From contig OZ024740.1 in the NCBI GenBank assembly GCA_964016885.1, forward strand, positions 224,874,001-224,938,000: a stretch of 64,000 nucleotides of DNA, given 5' to 3'. Positions 23,846 through 35,448 of this stretch are shown piece by piece. The position numbers and the translations under genes were made by a program. How positions within the stretch are numbered: position 1 is the first letter of the stretch; every line of letters begins with the position of its first letter. Source of the stretch: Eledone cirrhosa. Taxonomy: Eukaryota. The notes below the pieces were generated by a model. It searched no databases, had not been told where the DNA came from, and saw only the letters and a program-made list of their open reading frames with translations.

Positions 23846-24107
23846 CACGCGGGGATCGGCAAGGGAGGCAACCCCTATATTAGTCGAATGAATTCAGTTG
23901 TGTATATTATTGCAAGAATGCAAAACATCACAAATCGAATAGAGTTCTCAACAGAAGGGTTAAAGTTATGTATATATATATATATATACATATATATAGA
24001 AATGTAATCTGAGTTTTTTGAATATTAATAATAACATTCGATTCATTTGCAATTAAACAAAGAAGCCTCTTTTTTCTTTTTCTTTTCATACATATATATA
24101 TATCCGT

Positions 24108-24339
24108 ATCTAAAGTCTGTCTTAAGCCAGAAGGCTCATTTGGCTTGTGCTTATCCCGGTTTCATGGCGTGAAGCGACTGAGAGAACAAGACTCCCCCCT
24201 GGACAGGACGCCAGTCCATCGCAGGTGAAATAAAGTGCCTTGCTCAAGGAAACAACACATCACCCGGCCCGAGAATTGAACTCACAACCTTTTGATTGCA
24301 AGCCTAATGCTCTAACCACTAAGCCATGAGCCTTCACAT
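24108..24339 (-). mobile_element. tRNA-derived SINE, well preserved
   Basis: Minus strand: TGGCTTAGTGG (A box), GAGTTCAATTC (B box), ccttgagcaaggcacttta, tail 'cctgcgatggactggcgtcctgtccaggggg...gaaaccgggataagc'. Confidence 0.88.
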
Positions 24340-24658
24340 ATACACGTATATACGTAGATATATATGCATACGTATATATTTATATGTATATATATATGCG
24401 TATATATGTATATATTTATATGTATATATATACGTATATATTTATATGTATATATACATATGTATATATTTATATGTACATATATATGTATATATATATA
24501 TATGTATATATATGTATATATATATATGTATATATTTGTATGTATATATATGTGTATATATATATGTGTATATATTATATGTATACATATATACTTATAT
24601 ATATATATGTATATATTATATGTATGTATATAATCTATATATATATGAAGATATATAT
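24340..24658. repeat. Long degenerate (TA)n/TATG tract
   Basis: Direct reading; source of the Tyr/Ile ORFs 24326..24715. Confidence 0.95.
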
Positions 24659-25581
24659 GTGTTTGTATGTAAAATGGAAAATATTGGGGAAAATATTTTA
24701 AGGAGAGCTGTTTAAGTTAGTATTTTCATTGTTGCTTATATATTTTTGGGCTTAAAAAAAAGGAAAGGAAAATTATATCATTGATAATTCAAATTGAAAT
24801 TGTCAATTTTCCAAACTAAATACCATCTCTAAAAATATCTATATAAATGTTATAAAACAAACTCTGTCAAGTTCTTTACTGATTAAAGTGTTTAAAAGCA
24901 ATAAAACATTTATTTCATTGTCATTGCTTCATGTCTTCTAAAAATTGTTTTAAAAATTTCTTCCCTAGTTTTAATTTATATAATATATTTCAAAATTTTA
25001 CTTTTATATAATTTTTGCACTGAGCTTAATGTAGTTTAATTATACTAAAAGATTTATTTGGATGAAATAAAAATGAAATTTTAATTCATCATCTATCAGT
25101 TAATCTATAATGGAAAATATTTTATTCATTAGTTTAACTGATAACTAAGTTTGTATTAATATTTTTAAAATAGTGCATTCCACTATTTATCGTCATTTTT
25201 TAATTAGTGATTTTCAGTAAATTTACTATCATAATTGGACTTTTCTTTCAGTTATTTTCATTTTATCACTATGCTTAGTCTATAAGTGTTTTATTTACAT
25301 GACCTATTTTCAGGACCTCTAAGATATTGATGGACATTATCATCTGACTAGAGACCTGATATTATTTAGTGCCTGTCAAATTGTTGCCGAGGAAGTTAAA
25401 CTAGAAAGATAGTGATAGTACTCAATAACTTTCAGATAGAGGGCTTAGCATATATTCAGATATTTTTTACTCTTTAATCAAAGAAATATAAGCAGTGCCC
25501 ATGATTCTGAAACCTGGTTTAAATGCTTGCAACATGGTAGACACCATTAAAGACACTGAAAGGCAATGTAATGGTGAGAAA

Positions 25582-25670
25582 TTGCCTTTCATCCTTACAG
25601 GGTCGATAAAATAAAGTACCAGTAATACACTGGGATAATTGCTGGCCTTGTGCCGAAAGTAGAAACAATT
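25582..25670 (+). mobile_element. OR-like SINE 3' half
   Basis: 'ttgcctttcatccttacagggtcgataaaataaagtaccagtaatacactgggataattgctggccttgtgcc'. Confidence 0.85.
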
Positions 25671-27557
25671 ATAATCTATATTACAAGTACTACAACTGAC
25701 TTTAAAATATAAATTAATTTGGATGAAAAAGCATTTGAATTTATTATTTACAATTTTTTAAGAAATTAGCAAAATCTTCAGACAGAGTAATATTTGGGCC
25801 ATACTTAACAAACATTGTTAATTCTTGTTAAACCTCTCCAATCTCATTGGAGTTCATGAAACTTTCAGAGACAACATTCTGTTCAATTCATGTGTATGTC
25901 ACGGTTAAGCTAATACAAAATATGTTTATTCTATAAAGTGGTTAGCAATCAAGCAGAGATGGAATGGTTGAGGAAACCCTTTATTCCAGCTAAAGACAAA
26001 ACAACCGCCCTGCTACACATAATACAAGGAATTGCATCCAGTACACTCAGTAAAATAGTTACTGTTATGAAGAGTGCCCACCTATAGAAAACATGACAAC
26101 AAAAGAATATAAAATCAAAATGTGGTCCTGTAAACTATATAGAATGGCAATAACTCCTAATAAGAACTGGCTGAAACCAGGGCAACTTGTACCATTCATC
26201 CATTCATGTAAATTGATGATAATGGTTATGTGTTTCACAAAAGAATGTTCTGTAACCGAATAGCAAATGGGAATAGGCGTTTGTTAGTTAGTGATACATT
26301 AAGGAAGGGTTACTTTGATTCTTTAAAATAAGTAATAGCCAATGACAGAAGATGAAACTCAAGGTTGTTACATTGAGATTGTTTGTGGTTTGAATTTTCA
26401 CACTCATTGGAAGATTTGATCAAAGGTATATTTTGCTAACAGGAAATTAATCATTTCTCATTTCTTATGGGGACTCAATAGTGAAGTTGAATCCGTTAAA
26501 CATATTGAGTTTTAAGGGTCAAATAAACATGAAAACGAAAAGAAAAATCAGGCAAATTATCTGAACACAGCTAGGAATATCTGCTGCATCAGTTATTTTA
26601 CTTGGTGGTTCAACTTCTTTAATCATGATACACTTATTTGGTGGATGAGGTCTGTACAGCAACTGACACAAAATGGAATCTGTTTGTTAATAACTGATAA
26701 CAGAGTATCTGCGTGAGAGTGGAAAACCTACTTATTTATGAGTTGTTCACAATTCATTAAGAGTACATTGCTTTACAGGGGAACTATATATCCCTGTAAA
26801 CAAATGAAGACACAAAGGTTTGATATCTCTAATTTTCTCCAGAAGCTAACCTAAGTTCTTCACACAAACTCTGCATGTGTTAATAGATATCAGCAGCAAC
26901 ATAAAATTCCCAATATGAACTGGAGAATGTTATTTGTTAAAAGTTGGATCAATAAGAGCAAAATGAGATTTAGTGCCAAAGGGGTTAAGCATTTCTACAT
27001 TAAATACGACCTGAGTTTTTCCAGATCAGGAAATAAGACAAGGTGCCACGAGAATTCTTATCTGTAACAAAGAAATTGAAGATTTTGATTGCAAATCTCA
27101 ATAGAAAGCTTATCTTTTACCCTAAATAGAACACACACACATAGATACTATCTTTTCCGACTGGGTGTGCATGTGTATGTATATATATGTATATATATAT
27201 GATTTATATTTGGTTAAATATCTGTATTTGTTTGGACACACATATACACAGTATCAAGTATTCACATTTAAATGTGGATATATCATTTCTAGACATGATT
27301 AATATGCTGATGAAATGAGACACCTGAAACTTCAGTTATAGACACAGAATTTGGTACCCCCACATACACACATACATTGATATGTGTACATATACACAAA
27401 CTGTATATATATATATTCATTTTATTAAGGCTAAATAATGTGTCTTGTTACTCTGGAGCTTTGCCTGATACATACTGTACATATATACATATGTGTGAAT
27501 ATATATACAAATATGTATATATATATATATATATGTAAAAATATATATATATATATG

Positions 27558-27686
27558 TTGCTCACTGTAAATGAGGTTGGTGTTAGGAAGGGCATCCAGC
27601 TGTAGAAATCAAGCCAGAATCAGTCCCCGTCCCACTCTTGCAAGCAGGGAAAAGCGGACATAAAATGATGATGGTGATGATGATGT
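27558..27686 (+). mobile_element. Short bipartite RTE-tailed retroposon
   Basis: 'cactgtaaatgaggttggtgttaggaagggcatccagctgtagaaa' joined to 'ccgtcccactcttgcaagcagggaaaagcggacataaaatgatgatg', the tail of the LINE at 58158-58551. Confidence 0.85.
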
Positions 27687-28649
27687 TTATCTATACATAT
27701 ACCCAATGTTGATACTTTTTATTCACAGCCTGCTGTTCAAATCATAATTTTGTTTAATTTTTGTTTGATTTTACACAATATTTTCCTTTACTTGTTTATA
27801 TTTTATTGATCTCTGAGTCCATAAACACGTTATATTTTATTGGTGTCAATTATTTTGACTTTATGAAAATTAATCTCTGTACTTTTGTAAATAAACAACA
27901 AACAACTGCTGCTCCTGTAGGAATTTGTTAAACTAAAATTTCTTGCAATAGGAAAACTATGTTTGTTTTAATTCCTAATTGACGTTTTTGTTTGCTTTTT
28001 TCATAATAGCATGAATTAGATAGTTTTTGCAAATTTTGATATTGTATTACAATATCTAAATTGTGATTCTTTTGAATGAAAACTTTTGATTCCAAACTGC
28101 TTGAATCTCCCTTTGGTTCTACATTACAAAATTATTTGTTTTAAAGTGTTTAAAATTATCAAAAGATTTCTATCATAATTTTCTCTAAGAATATTCATAT
28201 TTCTACCACCAACATAATAAGAAAGTTATACAAATAAATCATATCAAATTTTTGATTATTTTCAAAATCATACACAGTGTCTTTCATTAGAAATATAATA
28301 AGAAAACAGTTAAGAGTGAAGCGAGAGAAGGACAGTGCTCACTACTCTCTTGAGGGTCCTCACTTACCTGAATGCTTGCAACTCTATGGGTCTACTAAAG
28401 GCCAACAATGGCCCGGTAGTAATATTCATGATCTTCAATTCAAATTCTGAGTTCAATTTTGCTTTCCAAACAAAGCAAAATTAGAGTACCAGCTAAGTAC
28501 AGGGGCTCATATAATTAACTATATCCTCCTCTAAAATGTAAGAACTTCTGCTTATATTAGAAATCCATATTGAATCATCTTCATACAAATACTTCATCTG
28601 GAGAGTATGGGTATCAAGGTTCTATAAGCAAGTTTTCTATCAAGTAATA

Positions 28650-28833
28650 ATAGTTTCTACTTTTGGCACAAGGCCAGCAATCACCCAGTACATTACTGGT
28701 ACATTATTTTATCGAACTCGTAAGGATGAAAGGCAAAGTTAACCTCGGCGGGATTTGAACTCAGATCATAAAGGGATGTAACTATGCTGGAAAGCATGTC
28801 TGACCCTCTACCGATACTGCCAATTCACCGCCC
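28650..28833 (-). mobile_element. OR-like SINE, full short variant
   Basis: Reverse complement of the 4969-5146 type; flanked by the direct repeat 'ctatcaagtaataat' (28636-28650 and 28833-28847), a candidate TSD. Confidence 0.88.
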
Positions 28834-28847
28834 TATCAAGTAATAAT

Positions 28848-29005
28848 GGTTTCTGATTTAGGCACAGGGTCAACAATTTGGTGGCAGAGGAAAGTCAATT
28901 AAACCAATTCCAATGTGTTACTTGTACTTTATTTTGCACACCTCACCTCATCGGGATTTGAGCTCAGAATGTAAACAGACATAATTCTCTGCCTGCCAAT
29001 ACTGC
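28848..29005 (-). mobile_element. Older OR-like SINE
   Basis: 'gtttctgatttaggcacagg...gtactttatttt...cctcatcgggatttgagctcagaatgtaaa'. Confidence 0.7.
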
Positions 29006-29604
29006 AAATCCACTGACCTTCTATGAAGTGATAAATAATAATATGGTTGACTTCAGAAGCATTAAGAAAATTTGAAATATGTGCTCCCCAACACAAATGA
29101 TTATAATAATAGTTGTCCACTCTAAAAAATAGTTGAGAAAATTAGATAAAGAATCCTTAGATATAGACAAAAGACCCTACAAAGAATCAAACCTTGCCTT
29201 GTACCAAAGAGAGGGAGGTTTCAATTTCTTAGTGGTGCTTCTGTCTACTTTTTCCCATCACTAGGGGTACATTCTTTGATGTTCTCAACTATTATGATGA
29301 TTATTTGCATTTGGATGCACACATGATATTAATAACAACAACAACTACAACATTAAAAATTAATCTTAATCATGATTTTGCTCAATATTTGTCAATACAA
29401 TAATCTAAGATTTGATGGAGTATTGTTGTAATCAAAGTGACTCCAACTATGTCCATTCTATTTCCTTTCCAACTCGGACTATATTACTCAATGTGTCCTT
29501 CCCTTATAAGGCAGTAAAGTTTGATTTGTTGGGTGTTTCTATCAGATTCAATAACTGCATAAATACTTCATCCTTGTCTCATTATTATTGAGAATGGCTA
29601 GGAT

Positions 29605-29960
29605 CATCATCCTCATCATTACTGTTTAACGTCCATTTTTCCAAGCTAGCATGAGTTGACGAGTTTTCCCATTTTGAGACAAACCAGATCAGATGACCAT
29701 GTCTTGCTCATACAGAACTGTTTCTGACTTGGTTTCTACAGCTGAATGCCCTTCCTAATGTCAACCACAATTACAGTGTGGACTGGATGCTTTTTGTCGT
29801 GTCATCTACATGAACATTTTACAGTGTGAACTGGACAATTTAGTTGTGACACTTCCACGATTACTTTAGAGTGTGGGCTTAGTACTTTTTGTCATGACAC
29901 CTATACAACCTCTTTACAGTGTGGGCTGGGTGCTTTTTGTCATGACACCTACACAATCCT
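29605..29960 (-). mobile_element. RTE-tailed non-autonomous element with internal ~40-bp tandem array
   Basis: Tail 'tttaacgtccatttttccaagctagcatg', motif 'cagctgaatgcccttcctaatgtcaacc', then repeated 'ttacagtgtgg.ctgg.tgctttttgtc.tgacacctaca' units. Confidence 0.75.
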
Positions 29961-29984
29961 TCCAGACCCTCTTTGGGTCTCAGG

Positions 29985-30707
29985 ATATGCAATATTTGTG
30001 TGTCCATCTCACACCTCCTAGGAAAGGTTGCAGGTCTATCGCAAGTATTTACACCATGAAATGGAGCCTGCAATATATTTTTTGAGCAAGTCCCTCTGAC
30101 ATGGAAAGGTTTGGCTGGAAGGAATGGTGACCCTGATCTGAATACAAATGGAGAGACTTTATTAGACTTCTGTCTAGCAATGGTATCTCTATTATTATCA
30201 CCTTCTTCGAGCTCAGAGACATCATAAATATAAATGATATAAGGAGAATCAGGGACAGATCAATGATTAATTTTGTTATTGTCTCTGAACTCTTCAATTC
30301 TGTGCTGGATGTTTGTGTTAAGAGAGGGGCTGAGCTGTCAACTGATCATCATCTAGTTATCTGCAACTTGAAACTATCTAAAGCCAAAGAAGTCCACAAA
30401 ACAGCAGGTCCAGGGCGACCTACAAGATACATTGGGAAGTGTTCTCTGAATTGAGAGATCACAGCTCTGATACTAGAACGTCTTAGGATAAAATTGCAGG
30501 AGAGATTTTATGGGCAAAACCGAATGGCAGGAGACCCAAGATTAGACCCCGAGCAAGATGGTTGAATAACATCCATGACCTTGGCTGGTCATGCTTGGGG
30601 ATCCAGCTGGATCTGTTGGAGATGTTTGCTTCTGACAGAACCTGGAAGGAGTGTTTGAGGACTCAGCCCCCACGACCCTCTCAGGAATAAATGGGTAATA
30701 AAGAAGA
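29985..30707 (+). mobile_element. RTE LINE (family B), internally deleted: endonuclease fragment joined to 3' end
   Basis: RSMINFVIVS..VLDVCVKRGAELSTDHHLV (APE endonuclease C-terminal motifs) followed within about 130 bp by the 3' end shared with 3480-3654. Confidence 0.85.
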
Positions 30708-30763
30708 TTTACACGACCACTTTACAGTGTGGGTTCGGTGCGTTTTGTCCTGACACCTACATA

Positions 30764-31030
30764 AGGACACATCACAAGGTAGGTTTCAAAATATGATGTA
30801 CCAACCTTTTAGCCGGTAGTCCAGCATGTAATAATTTCAGTTACCTTATAATGGTTTCTAGAGGCAGAGTCATCAAAAGAATTATTGCAAAGTATTATGT
30901 CTGATGTTTTAATGACTCTACCAATTCACTGCCTCTAGACATCATTACTAGGTAACTGAAATGATTACATGCTGGACTACCAGCTAAAGGATTGGTAAAT
31001 CATCTTGAAACCAATGTTGTGATGTTTCCT
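30764..31030. mobile_element. MITE-like fold-back element (~100-bp inverted arms)
   Basis: 'aggacacatcacaa..ggtttcaa..ttagccggtagtccagcatgtaat.atttcagttacct..tctagaggcag' vs 'ctgcctctaga..aggtaactgaaatgattacatgctggactaccagctaa..ttgaaacc..ttgtgatgtttcct'. Confidence 0.85.
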
Positions 31031-32577
31031 CTGAAGGACACATCACAGCCCTGGTGTGATGTCAATTATCAAATAACCTAGCTTCCAATATATACATCAT
31101 TGGACATCTCAGCAAGGTCATTTGAGTAAGCTGTTTGATAAATGCATAAGAAAATCTTACTCTGGCTTGATGCACTAAGTACAAATTCTTATATGGGTGG
31201 GAAAAGCAGTGAAAAGTCACCTTTCTGTGTATTCTCTAAAAATAACCTGAATTCAGTAGGATCAATGAAAGTTCGTCCTAGTAAATTCAATTATATAAAT
31301 AAACAGTTTTAAAAGAAAGAAGACAAATAGAAGCTTATTGTAGATTGCAGGTATTAGGTTTCTTGTGGACAAGGTATAGATTAGTAAAAGGATAAGCATG
31401 GACAGAATCAGCAATAAGAGTTTAATGTTTAGGTTATTGATTAATATCCATATGCATAACAAAGTGTGGATTAAAGAGCCAAAGTAAATGCATAAGCTAT
31501 GAAAAATTAGTGATGGAGATATATCATGGAAATTCTAGATAAACTAATTATCTGACTACTATTTCAAAATAGAAACCAATATTCTCTTGTGCTCCCAATA
31601 TTTGGAGATGCAAATCTTAGCAAATTATTGCATTATTTATTTTCGATACACATTTTTATAAAAACATGCGATCTCCTTTATATTGTTGTAGATGTAAGTA
31701 AAGATATAAATATTCCTTATAAAATAATCTCTATGCATTAATCATCACTATTTCACAGTGTAAAAAAAAGCAAGATTTTAGGGATTGCATGTTGCTGTTC
31801 GTGTATTTGTATAAAATATTCTTTTTTTAATTTATTTCCTTCATAAGTGCATTCATATGTAGAGTAATGTGGTTTTGTAGATTACACATCTCATTGATAG
31901 CAGCAATTAATAATAATTAATACAAATGAATAATTCAGTTATTTATATATACAATAAAGAACAAACAAATTATAAAAAGAAAGGAAAGCATACATTTTGT
32001 ATATTGGAAAAAAAAAAGACTAATGGTTAACTCAGTACACTTAATGTAGATTCTGAAAAAAAAAATCAATCAAACCTTATCAGATGAAATAATGGAAGGA
32101 ATTTCATGAATGATAATCTAATAACTTAATAATTTTGTCAACTCCAATCTTGCAAATTAATATATTCATAGCAAATATTCATATTATAAATCGTTTCAAA
32201 CTATTATATTTCTTAGAGTTCTGCAAAAACAGAAAACAGACAGCATTCTTTGTCAGACCTTCAAAAATTAAAGGCCACAGTCAACTGAACGAGATTGGTG
32301 CAATCAAAGTACATTTTGAATTGTAATTTGCTATTAGTAGGGAAAATGGACTCATGCAGATGGATTCAGAGAGATCTACATTTTTGAATGAATAGTAGAC
32401 ATCGTCATTATCATGATCGTCATTTTAATGTTTTCTTTACCTGGTAGCTAGCAAGGTTTGGACTGATCTACATAGACCAAGTCAGTACTAAAATAGATTT
32501 GCTGATCTCCCAGCATGTACTAGGTACATTTATCATGTAGATCCCCAACAGTACAGCATCGGCGTGTGCAAAATGCT

Positions 32578-32862
32578 GCCCTCGATTCAGACACGACTAC
32601 CCACCAAACTTAAGCATATCACTAAGCGGAGGAAAAGATACCAACCGAGATTCCCTTAGTAATGGCGAGTGAACTGGGAGGAGCCCAACGCTGAATCTCG
32701 TCGTCTGCAAGCAGGTCGTCGAGAGCTGTGGTGCAAGGGTCGTACACGGTGGTTAATTTCGCCTGGCTAGGTTCAGAGTCCCCACAATTGGGGCTGCCCA
32801 AAGCGGGTGCCAGGCCCATTTGGAGCCATCTCAAAGTGGATGGTAAGCTCCACCCAAGGCTA
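32578..32862 (+). pseudogene. 28S: 28S rRNA 5' fragment (dispersed rRNA pseudogene)
   Basis: 'acccaccaaacttaagcatatcactaagcggaggaaaagataccaaccgagattcccttagtaatggcgagtgaa' is the conserved 5' end of eukaryotic LSU rRNA (ITS4 primer region at 32614-32633); ends with 'caaagtggatggtaagctccacccaaggcta' (conserved GGTGGTAAACTCCATCTAAGGCTA block). Mutated, no 5.8S/18S nearby. Confidence 0.93.
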
Positions 32863-33172
32863 GTGGCTGCATGAATTCTTAAAAGAAAGAAGCCAGAATA
32901 TTGCAGCCAACGTTTCTCAAAGGAAACATCAATAACAAGTGGGGTGCCTCAGAGTGTCTTGAATCTACTGTTTCTGGTGGCTCTTTCAGACATGCCCTCT
33001 GTAGTTCATACAACATCCCTCACTAGCTATGCTGATGACACAAAGGGTAACACAAGCAATCAAGTATGCAGCTGATGCTACTCTTTTACAACAAGATCTG
33101 GATGTCATATACAAATAGGCTGAGGACAACAACGTGCAATTTAATGCTGGAAAATGTTAAGCGCTATGATAT
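32863..33172 (+). mobile_element. CR1-group LINE RT fragment
   Basis: WLHEFLKERSQ..ITSGVPQ..FLVALSDMP..LTSYADDTK..LQQDLDVIYK*AEDNNVQFNAGKC across frameshifts. Confidence 0.85.
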
Positions 33173-34083
33173 CACTGTGGGTTCATCTGGGACCTATGAT
33201 AGCAGAGTATCAAGATGTTTCTTAAAAACATCCATGTCCACACAATGTAGATCTCTCAAGTTTCTTGGCAGCTTATAAAATAGTTGGGGGCTTTTGAACC
33301 CCAGGCTATTGCAATATCTGCTCCTTACTCTAGATGTGAAACATGAGACCTTTCACACTACACAGCACAGAATGAAAATAACCTAAGGGCAGCAGCAACG
33401 AACTCCCTCCTAAATCAATGGCCAGCCAATGCAGGCTGGGTATTGAAAGTGAAGCAACAAGGGTGGTGCCCAGCATGGCCTCAGCTGAATAGCTGGAACA
33501 GGTAAAATATAAAAGCATAAAAATATATGTATGTGTGTGCGTATTTATGTTTGTATGAATGTATGTGTGAATGAATGTTCTTCTGGTTTTATTATTTTAT
33601 AAATTTTGACCAATAGAGAAAGACTCAGATTCTAATATAGAAACAAGATTCCTTCATTGGAATTTAGACAACATCAAATAGCTAGATACGTATGTATGTG
33701 TGTGGGTATGTATGTGTGCAGGTTTAGGTGTTATTGTATGTGTGGATCTGTATGTTTTGAGTTAAATGTGTACATGTAATTATGTTTCTGTATGTGTGTA
33801 TATGCAGTTATTACAGGTTGAACTTCTGAAATGGTTTACATATATTTACAGGCCCATTAATGGACTGTGTTTGCAACACTCTGGTTCTGTAAAGCCCAGC
33901 TCCTCAAGATTTATGTTGAGGCTGTAGTTAACATATCCTATGCCCCAAATATCACTGGTAAAATCTAAAGGTTCTTCATTTTGCTTATCTTTAGCATTAT
34001 ATTAACTTGTGTTGGGTAGATTATTTCCACTACTCTGTATGCCTTCTTTTCTCTGTCATTTTAACATTATATCTGGTCTGATA

Positions 34084-34193
34084 TCAAATCCCGCCGAGGT
34101 TAACTTTGCCTTTCATCCTTCCGGGGTCGATAGAATAAAGTACCAGTAATGCACTGGGTAATTGCTGGCCTTGTGCCAAAAGTAGAAACAATT
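34084..34193 (+). mobile_element. OR-like SINE 3' half
   Basis: 'tcaaatcccgccgaggttaactttgcctttcatccttccggggtcgatagaataaagtaccag'; flanked by direct repeat 'attatatctggtc' (34066-34078, 34191-34203). Confidence 0.88.
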
Positions 34194-34517
34194 ATATCTG
34201 GTCAGATATATTTGCTTTTTATTGGGAATATTCTACTAGGACTCTTTCTTATGAATGTATATGCCCTCAATATCACTATACCTATTTATATAATTAATGC
34301 CTATTTTTATTTATTTGTGTAAATATACATATACGCAGTCGTGTATATGTGCATATTTGTTCCACATTATTAATCACAATTCCCACTGGATAACGAAAAT
34401 CCTTTTTACAACTCACAACATTTTTAGAAGTCTATCAACCATAACAATTTATTCTTCATCTGACTAGTTTTCTCACCTCCATGTTATGGTTTCATTATGT
34501 ATCCCTCTATCATTGGG

Positions 34518-34728
34518 TTGGCAGTATCGGTAGGGCATCAGACAACATACTTTGTGGCATATAGTTATGTCACTTTACATTCTGTATTCAAATCCCACCA
34601 AGGTTAGCTTTTCCTTTCATCCTGATACGGTTGATAAAATAAAGTTCCAGTAATGCACTGGGTCGATTTAATTGCATTTCCTCTCCCCTCCAAACCTGTT
34701 TGCTTTGTGTCTAACCCAGAAACTATTA
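34518..34728 (+). mobile_element. OR-like SINE, long variant
   Basis: 'ttggcagtatcggtagggcatc...ttcaaatcccaccaaggttagcttttcctttcatcc...gataaaataaag'. Confidence 0.8.
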
Positions 34729-35105
34729 TGCATCTCTCTATCACAGTCTTTCAATCAAACTGATAATTTTCCATATTATATTTTCAAATAATTAATTTTT
34801 TTACTATATAAATTCTTTCAGATATTTAGATATATGCTATATAGATATATAGTGTATTCCTGTAGATTCCTATGTTCTCTAACAATAAGGTAATGATGCA
34901 TTATACAACTAAACACATCTTTTCTTGCCCTCCTTTCTCAATGTCCAATTAACAGCCTATTAAGTGGACCCAGCATTATATATAAATATTTTTGCAGCAT
35001 TTACTCAGAGAAAGTTATATATACTGTTGTAATTGATTTAGTATTCACTGCCATTCAAAGATGGGAAGCATGAAACTTGGAGTAGATGTTAATAAAGTAC
35101 ATAAG

Positions 35106-35139
<34 letters not shown>

Positions 35140-35224
35140 TGGGTTGTCTAGATGTTGTAGTTGCATGTAGTTCCTGGTAGTGTTATCTAAGTGAGGATTG
35201 AGGAGAAAGCATAAAACGAAATGG

Positions 35225-35448
35225 TTGACAAGATCTTAGATCTCATTTACTTGCCAAGTGCAGTGGAACTCGTCAAATCAGACCCAGGGAAACAATGATT
35301 CCATTGGTCGTTCCATTGTTTTCTGCTGGTTGTAACTCCTGACAGAAAGGACAACATGGAATAAAGTGTCTTGCTCAAGGACATAACGTATTGCCCACTT
35401 CAGGAATCAAACTTGCAACCTCACAATTGTGAATCAAACTCTCTAACA
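35225..35448 (-). mobile_element. tRNA-headed SINE, degenerate
   Basis: Head matches 14510-14610 and 24230-24320 ('aagtgtcttgctcaaggac...ggaatcaaact..caacctcacaattg'). Confidence 0.65.

Noticed and set aside
23825-23890. HDV-like ribozyme in the GC-rich patch
   Set aside because: Could not assemble P1/P2/P3/P1.1 pairings on either strand; only a simple hairpin is evident.
24255-24339. tRNA gene
   Set aside because: A and B boxes present but no complete cloverleaf, and it continues into a SINE body shared by other copies.
24326-24715. Tyr/Ile/Cys/Val-rich ORFs (also 14771, 16847, 18756, 19060-19523, 20289, 57359-57673, 61308, 62120)
   Set aside because: Translations of TA/TG/CA microsatellites, which lack stop codons; not genes.
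26510-26730. Possible minus-strand exon
   Set aside because: Acceptor-like site present but frames are short, no donor or homology recognised.
29770-29960. CRISPR-like repeat array
   Set aside because: Contiguous degenerate tandem units with no unique spacers, eukaryotic context, no cas genes.
32578-32862. Functional rRNA gene or rDNA array
   Set aside because: Under 300 bp, substitutions in conserved positions, apparent internal deletion, no 18S/5.8S or remainder of 28S.
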